Below, piece by piece: positions 12,160 through 24,569 of a DNA stretch of 64,000 nucleotides. Position numbers and translations under genes: made by a program. The stretch lies in the NCBI RefSeq assembly GCF_006345805.1, contig NC_043007.1, positions 51,708,001 through 51,772,000 of the forward strand, in the 5' to 3' direction. The notes beneath the pieces are model-generated. The model was not told where the DNA came from. It saw nothing but the letters and a program-made list of their open reading frames with translations, and searched no databases. Position 1 is the first letter of the stretch. Each line of letters begins with the position of its first letter. This stretch comes from Octopus sinensis. Lineage: Eukaryota.

Positions 12160-13366
12160 GTTTGTGTGCATGCGTGTGTGTGTGTATGTGTGTGTGCGGG
12201 TGCGTCTGTGCCCGAAGTATATTTAATATATATATATGTATGTATGTGTCTATAAAAGTATGTATGCATAAATGCATGTATATGTGTGCGCGCGCGTGTG
12301 TGTGTGTCTGTGTATGAAAATGTTATATATAATGTGTATACATATGTATATATATACGTAGTACTTAAATATATATTCACATGGATTTTATATTTATCTA
12401 TATGTTTGTATGTTATATACGTGTATATTTACAAGGGTATTTGTATGGGTATATCACGAAATCTCGTCCATTTACTCTGTGACGTCATTAGTCGGTTAAG
12501 TGCTGGCCGAAGTTTCAACTTTCACTTTTAAAAAACTTTTAAAGTTTTAAAGTTGTTTGGTGAGGTGTGTGAGATGAGGCTGTATAGCATCTTGTTTGGA
12601 GTAAACTTGTCGGTGTTGACTGCTACTGCTGTTAATGAGGATAATGTTGATGATAATGACAACGAGGAAGAGGAGGAGGAGGAAGAGGAGGAGGAGTCGC
12701 TTATAAAGGTACTGGTGTTGATATGCAAATGTTGATTCTAACGAGGTATTATTATGATGATGAGTAAGAGCAAGAAGAAAAAGACAAAGTGGAAGCAGAG
12801 AGATTACTTCAAGTGATAATAACAGGCAAAATTAACTTCTATATGTGTGGTCCCTGTTACTAATTAAGTATCCAGCTTGTAGCGTTGTTTCCCAGTTGGG
12901 GACTTTATATGAGTAGGACTTGACGGCAGACATTTGGTAACAATTATATTTCTATGTTTAAAAAAATCAATTAGTGAAAATGGTGAACAATTCGTTAATG
13001 GTATACAGTGAACAGATTGTTAAATATTTAGACATAGTGAGCATATTTAAACATATTAAACAAGATGTCAGACACTGTTCTAGTTCATAACAAGTGAACA
13101 TTATTATGTAACGTTGCTAGTTGTTCATGTGTAACTGATCAATGCCGTGAACAGAATATTAACCGAATCTCTTGACCTCGTCATTAGTAATGAACGTTAT
13201 ATAATATTTACACTGCAACATATATATATATATATATATAATAATAAATATTAGGGAATAAATCCAAATTTACAGGGAAAAAAATCAGATTTAGGATTAA
13301 ATCGATTTTATAGTAAAATATTATAAAATATTATACTTCATAATTTCACACTGAATTATTGGAAGT

Positions 13367-13409
13367 CCACCTGAAGATTGTCGATCAAGACAAGAAACGA
13401 TTGTAGTGG
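13367..13409 (+). ncRNA. Compact canonical type I hammerhead ribozyme fold
   Basis: CCAC - CTGAAGA - TTGTC/GACAA stem II - GAAAC-GATT-GTA^ - GTGG, inside an AT-rich pLTR-like repeat (about 13245-13500). Confidence 0.8.
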
Positions 13410-13504
13410 CGGTTTTTGTGACTATTTATTAAAATTTATGTATTGATTAAGTCTTTCCTTGTTTGTTTTGCAAAATAGTGTTTTGTCTCGAATAATATTT
13501 TTTT

Positions 13505-13554
<50 letters not shown>

Positions 13555-13612
13555 TTATATATATATATATATATATAATATATATTATATATATATATAT
13601 ATATTATATAAT

Positions 13613-13672
<60 letters not shown>

Positions 13673-13676
13673 GTGA

Positions 13677-13990
13677 GGGCGCGTGGCTTAGTGGTTAGGG
13701 CATTCGGCTCATGATCGTAAGGTTGTGAGTTCGATTCCCGGCGACGCGTTGTGTCCTTGAGCAAGACACTTTATTTCACGTTGCTCCAGTCCACTCAGCT
13801 GGCAAAAATGAGTGTACTTGTATTTCAAAGGGTCAGCCTTGTCACTCTCTGTGTCACGCTGATTATCCCCGAGAACTACGTTAAGGGTACACGTGTTGTG
13901 GAATGCTCAGCCATTTGCACGTTAATTTCACGAGCAAGCTGTTCCGTTGATCGTATCAGCTGGGACCCTCGTCGTCGTAACCGGCGGAGT
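13677..13990 (+). mobile_element. tRNA-derived SINE
   Basis: Pol III A box TGGCTTAGTGG and B box GTTCGATTC head, central gtgtccttgagcaagacac domain, T-rich end. Confidence 0.8.
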
Positions 13991-14015
13991 CTTTTTTTTA
14001 GTGATATATATAATA

Positions 14016-14050
<35 letters not shown>

Positions 14051-14232
14051 GGCACATTAGTGGCTGTGTGGTAAGTAGCTTGCTTACTAAATAAGTAGCC
14101 TGATTACCACATGGTTCTGGGTTCAGTCCCACTGCCTGGCACCTTGGGCAAGAGTCTTCTACTGTAGCTCGGGCCGCCGACCAAAGCCTTGTGAGTGGAT
14201 TTGGTTGACGGAAACTGAAAGAAGCCCGTCGT
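14051..14232 (+). mobile_element. Abundant SINE family (5' half)
   Basis: gtggctgtgtggtaagtagcttgctt...gggttcagtcccactg...ggaaactgaaagaagcccgtcg; more than 10 copies in the window. Confidence 0.8.
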
Positions 14233-14246
14233 ATGTATGTATGTAT

Positions 14247-14298
<52 letters not shown>

Positions 14299-15702
14299 AT
14301 ATATATGTATGTTTGTATGTATATATATAATATATATATATATATATTATATATATATAATAACAAATTAATAATAAAAAACATATGCATATATACATAC
14401 ATATATGTACGTACCTACATCTACATGTATATATACATGCATATATGGGTACAGGACACCAAAAAACGTCGAACACAATGAGAAACGGAAACATAAACAC
14501 AAAACCAAGGAAATGGATATTTTTCTTAAACAACGAAAAAATAGAGTACAGGACATACAACACAAGGAAAATTCCCCTTCTTCAGTCGCCTCTGTTTCAT
14601 CTATTCCACGTTTGGAAGGTAAAGGCGAGACACAACTTCCTTGAAACATTCCTTCCCGCAAAAGCCAAATTAAATAAATTTTGAGATTTTTTGCGGAGGG
14701 GTAAAAATAGTAACAAAAACAGGACAGTAAAGACAGTACAAAATATAAACAGTAAAAGACAGGACAAGGAGAATAACAGTAACACAAACATTGAGGGCTG
14801 TTAAGTCAAACGAGAGAAAATATTACGAACGCTTTTTGAGAACGGCGAGGGAGAGATACAAGAAAGCCGTCTACACTCGAAGGAAGCGAGGTCAGAAAGA
14901 CAGTAGTTTTCTCGTCGCTGGTCAGCGACGGGACAGAGGAGGAGGAGTAAGAGAAAGGGAGAGAAAAAAGGGAATGGTTGTAGAGAAAACCAGAAAGAAT
15001 GAAGAATGAGAGAGGGAGAGACAGTAAGGTAGAAGAAAAGGAAACCAGAAAGAATGAAGACTGAGAACATGGAAGCACGATGTAAACCGCAGCCTACGGA
15101 TATATCTCCTGAGAGTGACTTTACTTACCACAGGATGGATTACCATGGATTATAATAACACCTTAAAATGAAGATTTTACTTTTCCTCCTTACCATGTCT
15201 ATCACATTACTTTACATTATTTTTTTATTTTTACCTATTTTATCTTATCTTATTTACCCTACTCTATTATTCTAACTGAATTTCCCACATATTAGTTTCT
15301 TATCATTTCTACTCTCTGAAGAAGCCTTGAGGCTCAACAATTACCCAATATCTGTCCAATGTTTGTTCATCCCTATATATCACTGACGTGATGAGGATGA
15401 CTTGGAAGATTCTGAGGCCTCGTGGTAGAAACGGCCGGTTGACAACCGATGCTTGTGTATTAACGTTCCCATAACCTAGCGGTTCGGCAAGAGATACCGA
15501 GAGAATAAGTACTAAGCTTACAAAGAATAAGTCTTAGGATCGATTTGTTCGACTAAAAGGCAGGGCTCCAGCATGACCGCAGTCAAAATGACTGAAACAA
15601 GTAAAAGAATAATAGAATATATATAACTGCAGCATGGAAGGTGTTTATAAGCCATTTAAAACACACAAAAACCGTTAAATTCACTTTACCATTTAAATTT
15701 AA

Positions 15703-15753
15703 TTTGCCAAAATATTTTCGTCGCTTTGAGACCGCTACCTGTTCACTGACAAA
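15703..15753 (-). ncRNA. Second copy of G3-C8 hammerhead-like variant
   Basis: Minus strand TTTGTCA-GTGAACA-G-GTAGC..GCGAC-GAAA-ATATTT-TGGCAAA; stem I retained with one G.U pair, stem II has one mismatch. Confidence 0.5.
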
Positions 15754-15791
15754 ATTCTGTGCGGCATCTGAGAAAGTAACAGTTAGTTCAT

Positions 15792-15823
<32 letters not shown>

Positions 15824-16385
15824 TGTATGTATGTATTTATGCATATATGCGCTATATATGTATATACGTATGTATTTATGTGTACGTGTAAGTATATGCG
15901 TATGCATATGTGTACATGCATATGCATGCGTACATGTCTATACGCATGTATGTATGTATGTATGTATCTATATACCTATGTATGTATGTGAGCATTTAGG
16001 TACGTAAGTATGTAGACGTGTATGCGTATGTACATGTGAACGTATGTTTATGTACTGATATGTGTGTCTATTCAAGTTGTATACATAATTGTTACTCTAT
16101 CGAAGGTTGTATGCACACACACACATATGTGTGTGTGTATACTACCTTCGATTCGCCATGATAGATCGCTAGCCACTATACATTCTTTATTTTCTCTCCC
16201 TGTTTCTTTCTGTGTTCCTGTCTGTGAAAGAGCGTAGGCTCGAAACGTTAAAGACCTTTTCACTTTCCGAGCGTTAAACTAATACATCTGTTTGCTGTCT
16301 ACACCACCTGTCTTCGTCTTTTTTTTTTGTGAATCCTCCCTATATATATATATTATATTATATTTATATATATATATATAATATA

Positions 16386-16449
<64 letters not shown>

Positions 16450-17698
16450 ACACACGCACACATATACGCTGCCAGATATATACATCTACACTGCAATATA
16501 CATTTACACTACATCTACAGCGCAATATATAATACCTCAACTTTGTTTACATTTACACTAGGTACGATCTAAATATTTTAAGAAGTCACAACTTCAAAAA
16601 TTAGTTTAATATTCAGAAAAAAGCCATAATTTTCTTAACATCTTATCTTGATTATTTACACAGTGAAGTGTAGTTTTCGATGTTTTCAGCTGCTGAGCGT
16701 GGTAGCCACCTAGAACACTTGACTGTTTTGTGTGTTTAACAAGCGAACGAGGTGGCCTTCTTGTTATACAATTTTATATGTCTAAGTGATGAACTTGGTG
16801 ACTATAATATACTTTACTATTATAGACTTTACTATTATAGACTTTACTATTCAATATATATATACTTTACTATTATAGACTTTTCTATTCAATATGTTTA
16901 ACTAGTAAATTCTGTAACACAAGAACAAGATGGATAAATATATTTCATACATTATACAAAACTTCTTGTAATGTCTTAGTAGATAAAGGGGTCTTGTGGT
17001 CCTTAGTTGATATATGGGTCACCAACGAAGGTTTCATCTTCGGATAGGTTGTCATTTTAAGGTCTGCCCAATGAAGTTAAATCTGCTTCAAATCAGTGGG
17101 TCGATTGAGAAAAACATGGCATGTGGGGTACGCTAGAACAAATAACGTATACGAGAATTGATTCCGAGAGTTGATGGTTCGAAAGCGAACATCTTCACTA
17201 TTAGGCTATTATATACACATATATATAAAGGTTTACGCCTAAACATTAATACGTGTGCATTATATCTACATACCAAAATATATTCAAATGTATGTGTGTG
17301 CATATGCAACTTTCTTAAATGTATTCATATATATACACGCATTCCTTTACACATGTATATAAATGTACACACAAACTCACACTCATGTACGTATTTTCAT
17401 TTGTATGTATGGGTGTGTCTTTGTTTCTCTGTGTTTGCGTGTGTGTGTGTGTGTGTATGTGTGTGTCTGTGGGTATGTTCGTGTGTGTATGTGTGTGTGT
17501 GTGTATGTATGTGTGAGTGCGTGTGTCTGTGTACATTCCATAGATGCCCATATACACACAGCAGATGTCTGGACATAGATATACCGCTGTTGAAAAATTG
17601 TTTACTTATATTAAAGTGAAAAGAGAACGAATAATTAATTGAGCTTCCGCGTTGTTTTCTTATCAAACCCACATGAGTGTGTGTGTGTGAGTGTATGT

Positions 17699-17729
<31 letters not shown>

Positions 17730-17810
17730 CGTATGTGTGTGAATATGCGTCAATATTTGTATATGTAGGTTTGTGCATGTAAGTGTATTATGCTTATTTA
17801 ATGGATATAC

Positions 17811-18070
17811 TGTGTACAAGTGTTGAATGGTGATGGGCAGTAGTGGAGTGGAAAAGACTTGCTTTTTTTTATATTTTTTATCTTCTTTCCTGGTTTATTT
17901 TCTATGTTTTCGAGGCTCTTGTGGTGTTAGAAACGAGGGTGGAGGCAGGTTTCCTGACTGGGTGCAGTACAGAAGGTGGGGTCGGTGGCGGCGGAGGTGG
18001 TGGTGGCGTAAATAGCTTAATTACTTGAAGATAGAATCACAACTACGTGTACTGTTAACAACAACAACGT
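17811..18070 (-). mobile_element. Orphan fragment related to ORF1 of the Tx1-like LINE
   Basis: 17811-17913 closely matches 28662-28764; a Pro-rich low-complexity reading frame continues. Confidence 0.6.
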
Positions 18071-18235
18071 TAATACACAACAAAGTAACACACAATTAAT
18101 ATATATACACACGCACACATACACACACATATATATGTGTTGTTTCTGTGGAGATATATATATATATAACTATGAATACATATATATGTATACATGTATA
18201 TATATATATATGTATATATAATATATAATATATAT

Positions 18236-18324
<89 letters not shown>

Positions 18325-18545
18325 GGAGGCGCAATGGCCTAGTGGTTAGGGCAGCGGACTTGCGGTCGGAGGATCGCGGTTTCGATTCCCAGACCGGGCG
18401 TTGTGTGTGTTTATTGAGCGAAAACACCTAAAAGTTCCACGAGGCTCCGGCAGGAGGTGGTGATCCCTGCTGTACTCTTTCACCACTCTAAAAGGCGGTG
18501 CTCCAGCATGGCCGCAGTCAAATGACTGAAACAAGTACAGAATAC
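18325..18545 (+). mobile_element. tRNA-derived SINE, internally deleted, joined to the common SINE tail
   Basis: ggaggcgcaatggcctagtggttagg...gtttcgattccc head (A/B boxes), followed by the ggcggtgctccagcatggccgcagtcaaatgactgaaac tail. Confidence 0.75.
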
Positions 18546-18915
18546 AGAATATACATATATATGTATATGTATACATATATGTATATATGCACACACAAAC
18601 ACCCATATATTCATATATATATGTGTGTGTAAGCGTATACGGATATATAAATCTAAATGACATGACATTCTGTATATTTGTTTGTATGTGTGTCTCAGTG
18701 TGTGTGTGTATTTGCGTGCGTGTGTATGCGCATGTGTATGTGTCTGTACACGTGTATGTGTGTTCCTATGTGTGTGCTTCTATATGTGTATATGCCAGCA
18801 TTTATACATGTTTGAGCCATTATTACAATTGCTTGCCTGTTCGTTCTGCACCTCTGTACACTTTAGTGTCTTACTGTATGTTATATGTATGTATCCTTAT
18901 ATAATATATATATAT

Positions 18916-18964
<49 letters not shown>

Positions 18965-19470
18965 AGGATTAGCTCGTATACGAGTAGGTATATATTTGTA
19001 AAAAATGAAGTTCGAAAATGCTGCTGTATTATACAATTTTTAATTTTTATATATACATTATAACATGTTTCAGTTCCTGAAATGAACCTTATCAAAAAAA
19101 GTTATATATAAAAAGACAGCTCATGCCGTCAAACACAAGAAATTCATTTATAATACACAACGGAGTCAGACATCTTAGAGTTCATGTATAGTTGATATAT
19201 AGTTCATGTATAGTTGATATATAGTTTGAAGTATATGTTCAAAGTGTTCGATGCAGTGGCCCACGGTGGCGATACGTATTCAATACAAAAAACAGATCAA
19301 AGTGGTGGAAAGCGGTCAATACAGAGATGATGTTTCCGAAAGAGCGAGGAATTCATTTTACCTTAAGCAATTGTGATGACCCATGGTGGAAGTTCGCTGG
19401 GTGGTTCTAGTGAGTTTTTTGTGAAATGCTCGGTTTTATAATGCCGTTAGGTGGTCAATCTAGCGTAGCG

Positions 19471-19893
19471 TGACGTCATCAATGTTTTGACCAATCGTTT
19501 CGTTAGGTGGCTTTAATCAAGTAGAACGGGACGTCATCATTATTTTGACCAATCGCTGCATTATACCCTCCCTTTGTTTGTTCCTGTTTTGACCAGTCGC
19601 TTCGTTAGTCAAGTAGAACGGGACGTCATCATTATTTTGACCAATCGCTGCATTATATCTGCCTCTTGTTTGTTTCCTGTTTTGACCAGTCGCTTCGTTA
19701 GTCAAGCAGAGCGGGACGTCATCCAGATTCTGCCCAATCACGACTATAGCTACATTAGATCTGCCCCTGTCTGTACTTGTTAGGTGATATTCAAGCAGAA
19801 AAGGATGTCATCAATATTCTGACTAATGACTGTCCCCTGTTTGTATCCTGTCCATTCTAGCAGAGCTAGACGTCATCAACTTGTTGACCAATC
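19471..19893 (+). promoter_or_regulatory. Array of six GACGTCATC-N8-GACCAATC modules (CRE-like + CCAAT box)
   Basis: Modules at 19472, 19530, 19622, 19715, 19804 and 19869; middle copies have a ~90-bp period. Function is inferred. Confidence 0.5.
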
Positions 19894-20054
19894 AGAATCG
19901 GGTCTGACCCTTAGCTGATATCGTATGTATCAGGTCAGATTTGCACGAAAGAATTTTTTCCCTTTTTTTACTAAGGCATAGTTTCCGTCAGAGTGAGTGT
20001 CTGTTTGAAGCAGCGGCCGTGGTGGAACCCCGCTTCTCCTTTCGGAGGACTTAT

Positions 20055-20728
20055 CTTTTGTTTTAGTATTCCTGGCCCAGGGTGTTTTAAACTTGGTCTA
20101 AATTTTTTATGAAATATAGTTCTTTATTTTGGCGTTGTGTGAAGGTTGCGTTGTCACTGAATTTATAGAGCGGGTAGTTGTAAATTCGGATTACATTTCC
20201 AGCACATCTATCTATGTCTCCGCTGACCGGTATTTTGCGGTAATCAGGGTTTCTAAATTTGTGATTTATGCACCGCCATCCTGTTACGTAAGCTATTTTT
20301 GTGTATGGCCTATATACTGCCTATTGCAGCCTGCGCATGTTATGACGTAAATTAAGTTTTCTGATGCGCAGGTGAAGTTTGTTCTAATGGTGAACTGGTG
20401 GCCTTGTTCAGTATAAATTCTGATCCTTCTTTCAAGATGACACAGATTCCGCAGTTGGGCCTTCCACATTTTCTAACTGCTGGTTTTGTGGTTGATGTTG
20501 AGTGCAGTTGTAGCTTGGGTTAAAATCCTTTTCAAGGATTTTGGTTGCCGTTTACTTTAATGATGGTGTGTGTTACGAGGATCCGGTTATCTTTGGGTCT
20601 CCCTTTAGTAGAGCTGTGCTTTGTAGTATGGGGTTGAAGGCCTCATTGTTGAGTGGGTTGTGTGTAGAGATGTAGGGAAGGGTTTTTAATTGTTCTTCTT
20701 TTTTGGTTTTTCGAACTTCATTTTTTAC

Positions 20729-20730
<2 letters not shown>
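20055..20730 (-). mobile_element. Penelope-like element 3' fragment (GIY-YIG endonuclease)
   Basis: Reads LPYISTHNP..CGRPNCGIC..NFTCASENLIYVITCAGCNRQYIG..KELYFIKKFRPSL with frameshifts. A 21-bp inverted repeat (18998-19018/20708-20728) brackets the region. Confidence 0.85.
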
Positions 20731-20786
<56 letters not shown>

Positions 20787-20845
20787 CATATATATATGTA
20801 TATATATACATACTATACATATATACAACATATATATACATATTA

Positions 20846-20877
<32 letters not shown>

Positions 20878-21938
20878 ATATAATTATATTATAGATATAT
20901 ACAACATACATGTTTAATATATGCATCTGTATACATCTTCGCATATATTTTCTTGTACTACTAGGCACTGACCTGTCCAACCAACCTAATCTATATTCCC
21001 AAATTCTTCATTTCACCATATTACTACTCCTAGCTCCCTCTCTCTGCCCTATCACTTAGGGTCTATCACTACATACCTGACACTCCTTTTCTTTTTACAT
21101 TAGTATACCTCTCTCTCTATCAACCCCCATTCTTTCTAATTGACACTCCTTTACTCTTTACCCTGTCATCTTTTTACCCTCTCATATCTTTCTCTATCAC
21201 CCTCACCTCCTCATTCTTTCTATGAATTTGTTTTGACTGACCACTAACTGATACTTTCCTTCTCTTCGTCTCTATCTCTTTCCTTGCTTTTTTATTTTCT
21301 TTCTTTTTCTTTATTCTTCTCTTCCTGTTTTTGATTTGACCTTACAACTACATTCCCTACTTTTAGGTCACTTTGAATAAACCCTCGAGTCAATAGCACT
21401 GTGTACAAACTCTATTCTTGGAATGACCAATTTTAAATACTATTGGAATTTAGTCACAAGGTATTGGAATCTTATATGTATACCATTCTGCCTAAATAAT
21501 GGATCTACAAATGCAATATCGCTGCATATCTCACATCCATTTTCATTCCTCCACTTCACTCTCTATTTCATATCTTATCTACATTAACTATTGCTTAACT
21601 ATTTTCTCACACCATCTCCGATAAAGGGATATAAAAAATATCCCGAAAATATCCCTTCTATTTATATATGTTCTAAAATCTTCACAGTCTTGGTTTTTTT
21701 ATCTCATTCTGATTTTTTTTTTTAATATACACATGCTGATATATGAACTACGTTGGACTCCTTATTCGCATAATCACCGAATCTGGAGCTTAACTATGGT
21801 CTGTCCATAGCACTTACTGAACATTACCTGACACCTTTGGGTCTTATTGAGAACATTACCTCTCATAAATTCTATACAGATATATATATATATTATATCA
21901 ATACATACATATGTATATACTATATCTATGTATACATA

Positions 21939-21971
<33 letters not shown>

Positions 21972-22118
21972 TATATATATATTATATATATATATATATA
22001 TAATATATATATATATACAGTTAATCCAAACATGTGAAAACACAAAGGGGACACAAACACAACAACTGCGAGGACAACGTATAGTGTTTTTGACGCTCAG
22101 GAAGGAAGGAAAGAAGGG

Positions 22119-22157
22119 GGATTCAACGTTTCGAGGGAGCTCGTCGTCAGAAGATCC
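22119..22157 (-). ncRNA. Minimal type I hammerhead fold in a pLTR-like repeat
   Basis: GGATCTT-CTGACGA-C-GAG/CTC-GAAAC-GTT^-GAATCC; loop-less palindromic stem III (ACGT); stem I imperfect. Confidence 0.6.
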
Positions 22158-22269
22158 AAAGAAGGGAAGACGGAGGGGAAAGATCGCCAACGGTGCAAAC
22201 ATGGTCACACACACACACAACACACCACAAATATATATATATATATAATATATATATATATAATATATA

Positions 22270-22311
<42 letters not shown>

Positions 22312-22689
22312 CACTACAAAATTAGAAAATGGAGAAACATACTTAAATCAATAAAACATCAACTATCAGATGATACCCAATCAATACTTTATACACCATT
22401 AATATCAGTAAAGGCATTATACAAAATATATAGTAAATATAAATAGACAAGGAAATAGAAATATAAAATATAAAATAAATAGTAATTATATCATATCTGA
22501 CAGCTGTTTCGGCAGTAAGGGCAGTCATACTTCATTTAACCTGTTGGGTACCTATCTAGCAGTATATTGGATATATGTTATCCCATGGTGGGTTGAATTT
22601 TTCAACCCCTATCTCATTTTATAACCTATATATATATATATATATAATAAAATAATATGTTACAATTATTCAATAGTCAAGATAAACTA

Positions 22690-22760
22690 GTCAAGATAAC
22701 CGAAGAGATGGTGTTGTGGATTTCCACTTTGGCATCCGAAACTCAGAGTTTTATCTTGAC
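22690..22760 (+). ncRNA. Hammerhead-like fold, U4C core, inside a 29-bp inverted repeat
   Basis: GTCAAGATAA-CCGAAGA-GATG..CATC-C-GAAAC-TCAGA-GTT^-TTATCTTGAC (10-bp stem I); outer IR 22657-22685/22751-22779. Confidence 0.5.
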
Positions 22761-22794
22761 TATTGAATAATTGTAACATTATTTTATAGATAAA

Positions 22795-23834
22795 CTAGCA
22801 TTAAAGACCCGTCGTTGCCGGGTCATAGTGCTAGTGCATATATATATATATATTTGTATATATATGTGTACATGTACATCTATATATATACATCTACAAA
22901 TAAAATACAAAATACAAAGTTATATCTTGATATCGCTAGTGATAACAATACTCAAAATATATAATAGACTGGAATTGTTAGCCCGTCTCTTGTAATTTCG
23001 ATCAATTGTATCTTGTCCTCCCTCTTGTATAGAAGTGTGGCTACAATCCAGCCTACCTCTAATTCTGGGGAGGGGGGGCATTTTAATATTTTTCCGGGAC
23101 ATCCTACGTCCCAGATATATAGGTAAAAATAAAATATTTCCACTTTGCAAGTTCGAGTCGAGTACTCCCTTGCACGCTCCGTTGACTCGAGCCTTGCTTA
23201 TATTGTGGCGAATTTACCGCCTCTGATTAGCTAGCTTTCATAGTCGCACCAAAATACTTTTCGAAGGTGCTTTCCTCCATGTGTTGAAATCTTCTTTTTT
23301 CTCTACATTGTATACTTTATAGACAATAGTCTTTTCTTTAATTTAATTTTTTTATTATCCATCTGGACTATTCCATTTCTGCACACTAATTTTATTTTTA
23401 ATTTATTCCCATTCATGTGAAACCATTTATTCAAGTTCAAGTCATTGATGCAATTTTATACCAATTGCTGTTTTTACTTTTGTTATGTTACGATTATATT
23501 ATACTTTAGTTTGATTTTAATTATTACTTACTACATAAAATTCAATTGTTATTATTATTTTTATTGTTAAAGTGAAAGTATCTGACATAAAATAGAGAAA
23601 TGTTTTTGTTTCACTTTTAACACGTAATACTGAAATAGTGGAGAAGATATGATATTGCTATGGGCTCGCTTTAGGCAAGAAGTTGAACATTTTTTTTTTT
23701 GCCGATGACACTCCCCGGATCCTAAGTAAGGCATGTGTAAAATTTGAATGAAAATGGTTGTGTAGTTCTCAAGCTTTAGGGAAACACACAGACAGACAGA
23801 CAGACACACACACATTCTCAGTTTTATATAAAGA
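22795..23834 (-). mobile_element. Helitron-like non-autonomous element, complete
   Basis: 5' A|TCTTTATATAAAAC followed by (GT/GTCT)n; 3' GACCCG-N7-CGGGTC hairpin then CTAG|T; A|T target. Confidence 0.7.
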
Positions 23835-23897
23835 TTTCCTCTATTTACATAATATTGAGGTCTCTTTCTTTCTTTTCTTATCTACCGTTTTACCATA

Positions 23898-23945
<48 letters not shown>

Positions 23946-24045
23946 TATATATATATACACTTATTTTCAAAATCTATGCACAGGCATGCACACATCTAAT
24001 ATACACGTATATATGTGTTTTTTTTGTATGCATGTACATGCATCA

Positions 24046-24067
24046 ATAGATAGATAGATAGACAGAC

Positions 24068-24132
<65 letters not shown>
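24046..24132. repeat. (GATA)n microsatellite, 3' flank of the Tx1-like LINE
   Basis: Direct reading. Confidence 0.95.
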
Positions 24133-24133
<1 letters not shown>

Positions 24134-24569
24134 GTTTCTTTATTGGCCACACAGGGCTGCACACAGATGGAACAAGTTACAAGGTAGAGCTTTTCTTTTG
24201 GGGGATGAAAAAACAAAAAACAAAAGAAACAAAAAAAAGGTGGCGAAGGTTTTCGATCAAAAGGGATCGTAAAAAGGAAAAAAAGAACCAAAAAATTTTT
24301 TTTTTAATTTAAAAAGAAAAGGAAAAGGAACAAAAGAAAAGAGAAATGAAAAAAAGAAGAAAAAAGGGGGGGAGGGGAAGAGGAAAAAAAACGATCAATA
24401 GGGATCGTGTATCACAGTGTTATGATGTATGGTGTAAAGGGGAAAGCAAATAAGGTTTATCCGTGGGAAGAAAAGCCTACGAAAAAGACCACGGTAACCC
24501 TGGTCAATATTGTTATATGTTACCACATTTGTTTGCAAGTGGGTAACCCTCTGTTATCGATGTCTGGGT

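Noticed and set aside
13677-13745. tRNA-like sequence (also 18325-18395)
   Set aside because: A/B boxes are present but the sequence runs into SINE bodies without a complete cloverleaf or acceptor stem; treated as SINE heads.
14560-14625. Minus-strand GAAAC...CTGAAGA as a type II hammerhead
   Set aside because: Only 8 nt separate the motifs, leaving no room for stem III, an NUH site and stem I.
19520-19800. Regularly spaced repeats resembling a CRISPR array
   Set aside because: The whole ~92-bp unit is repeated rather than having unique spacers, the context is eukaryotic, and there are no cas genes.
21608-21655. CCGATAA-GGGATAT/ATATCCC-GAAA fold (similar relics at ~4310, ~19060, ~52575, ~57705)
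   Set aside because: Two or more core positions or stem I are lost; counted only as decayed hammerhead relics.
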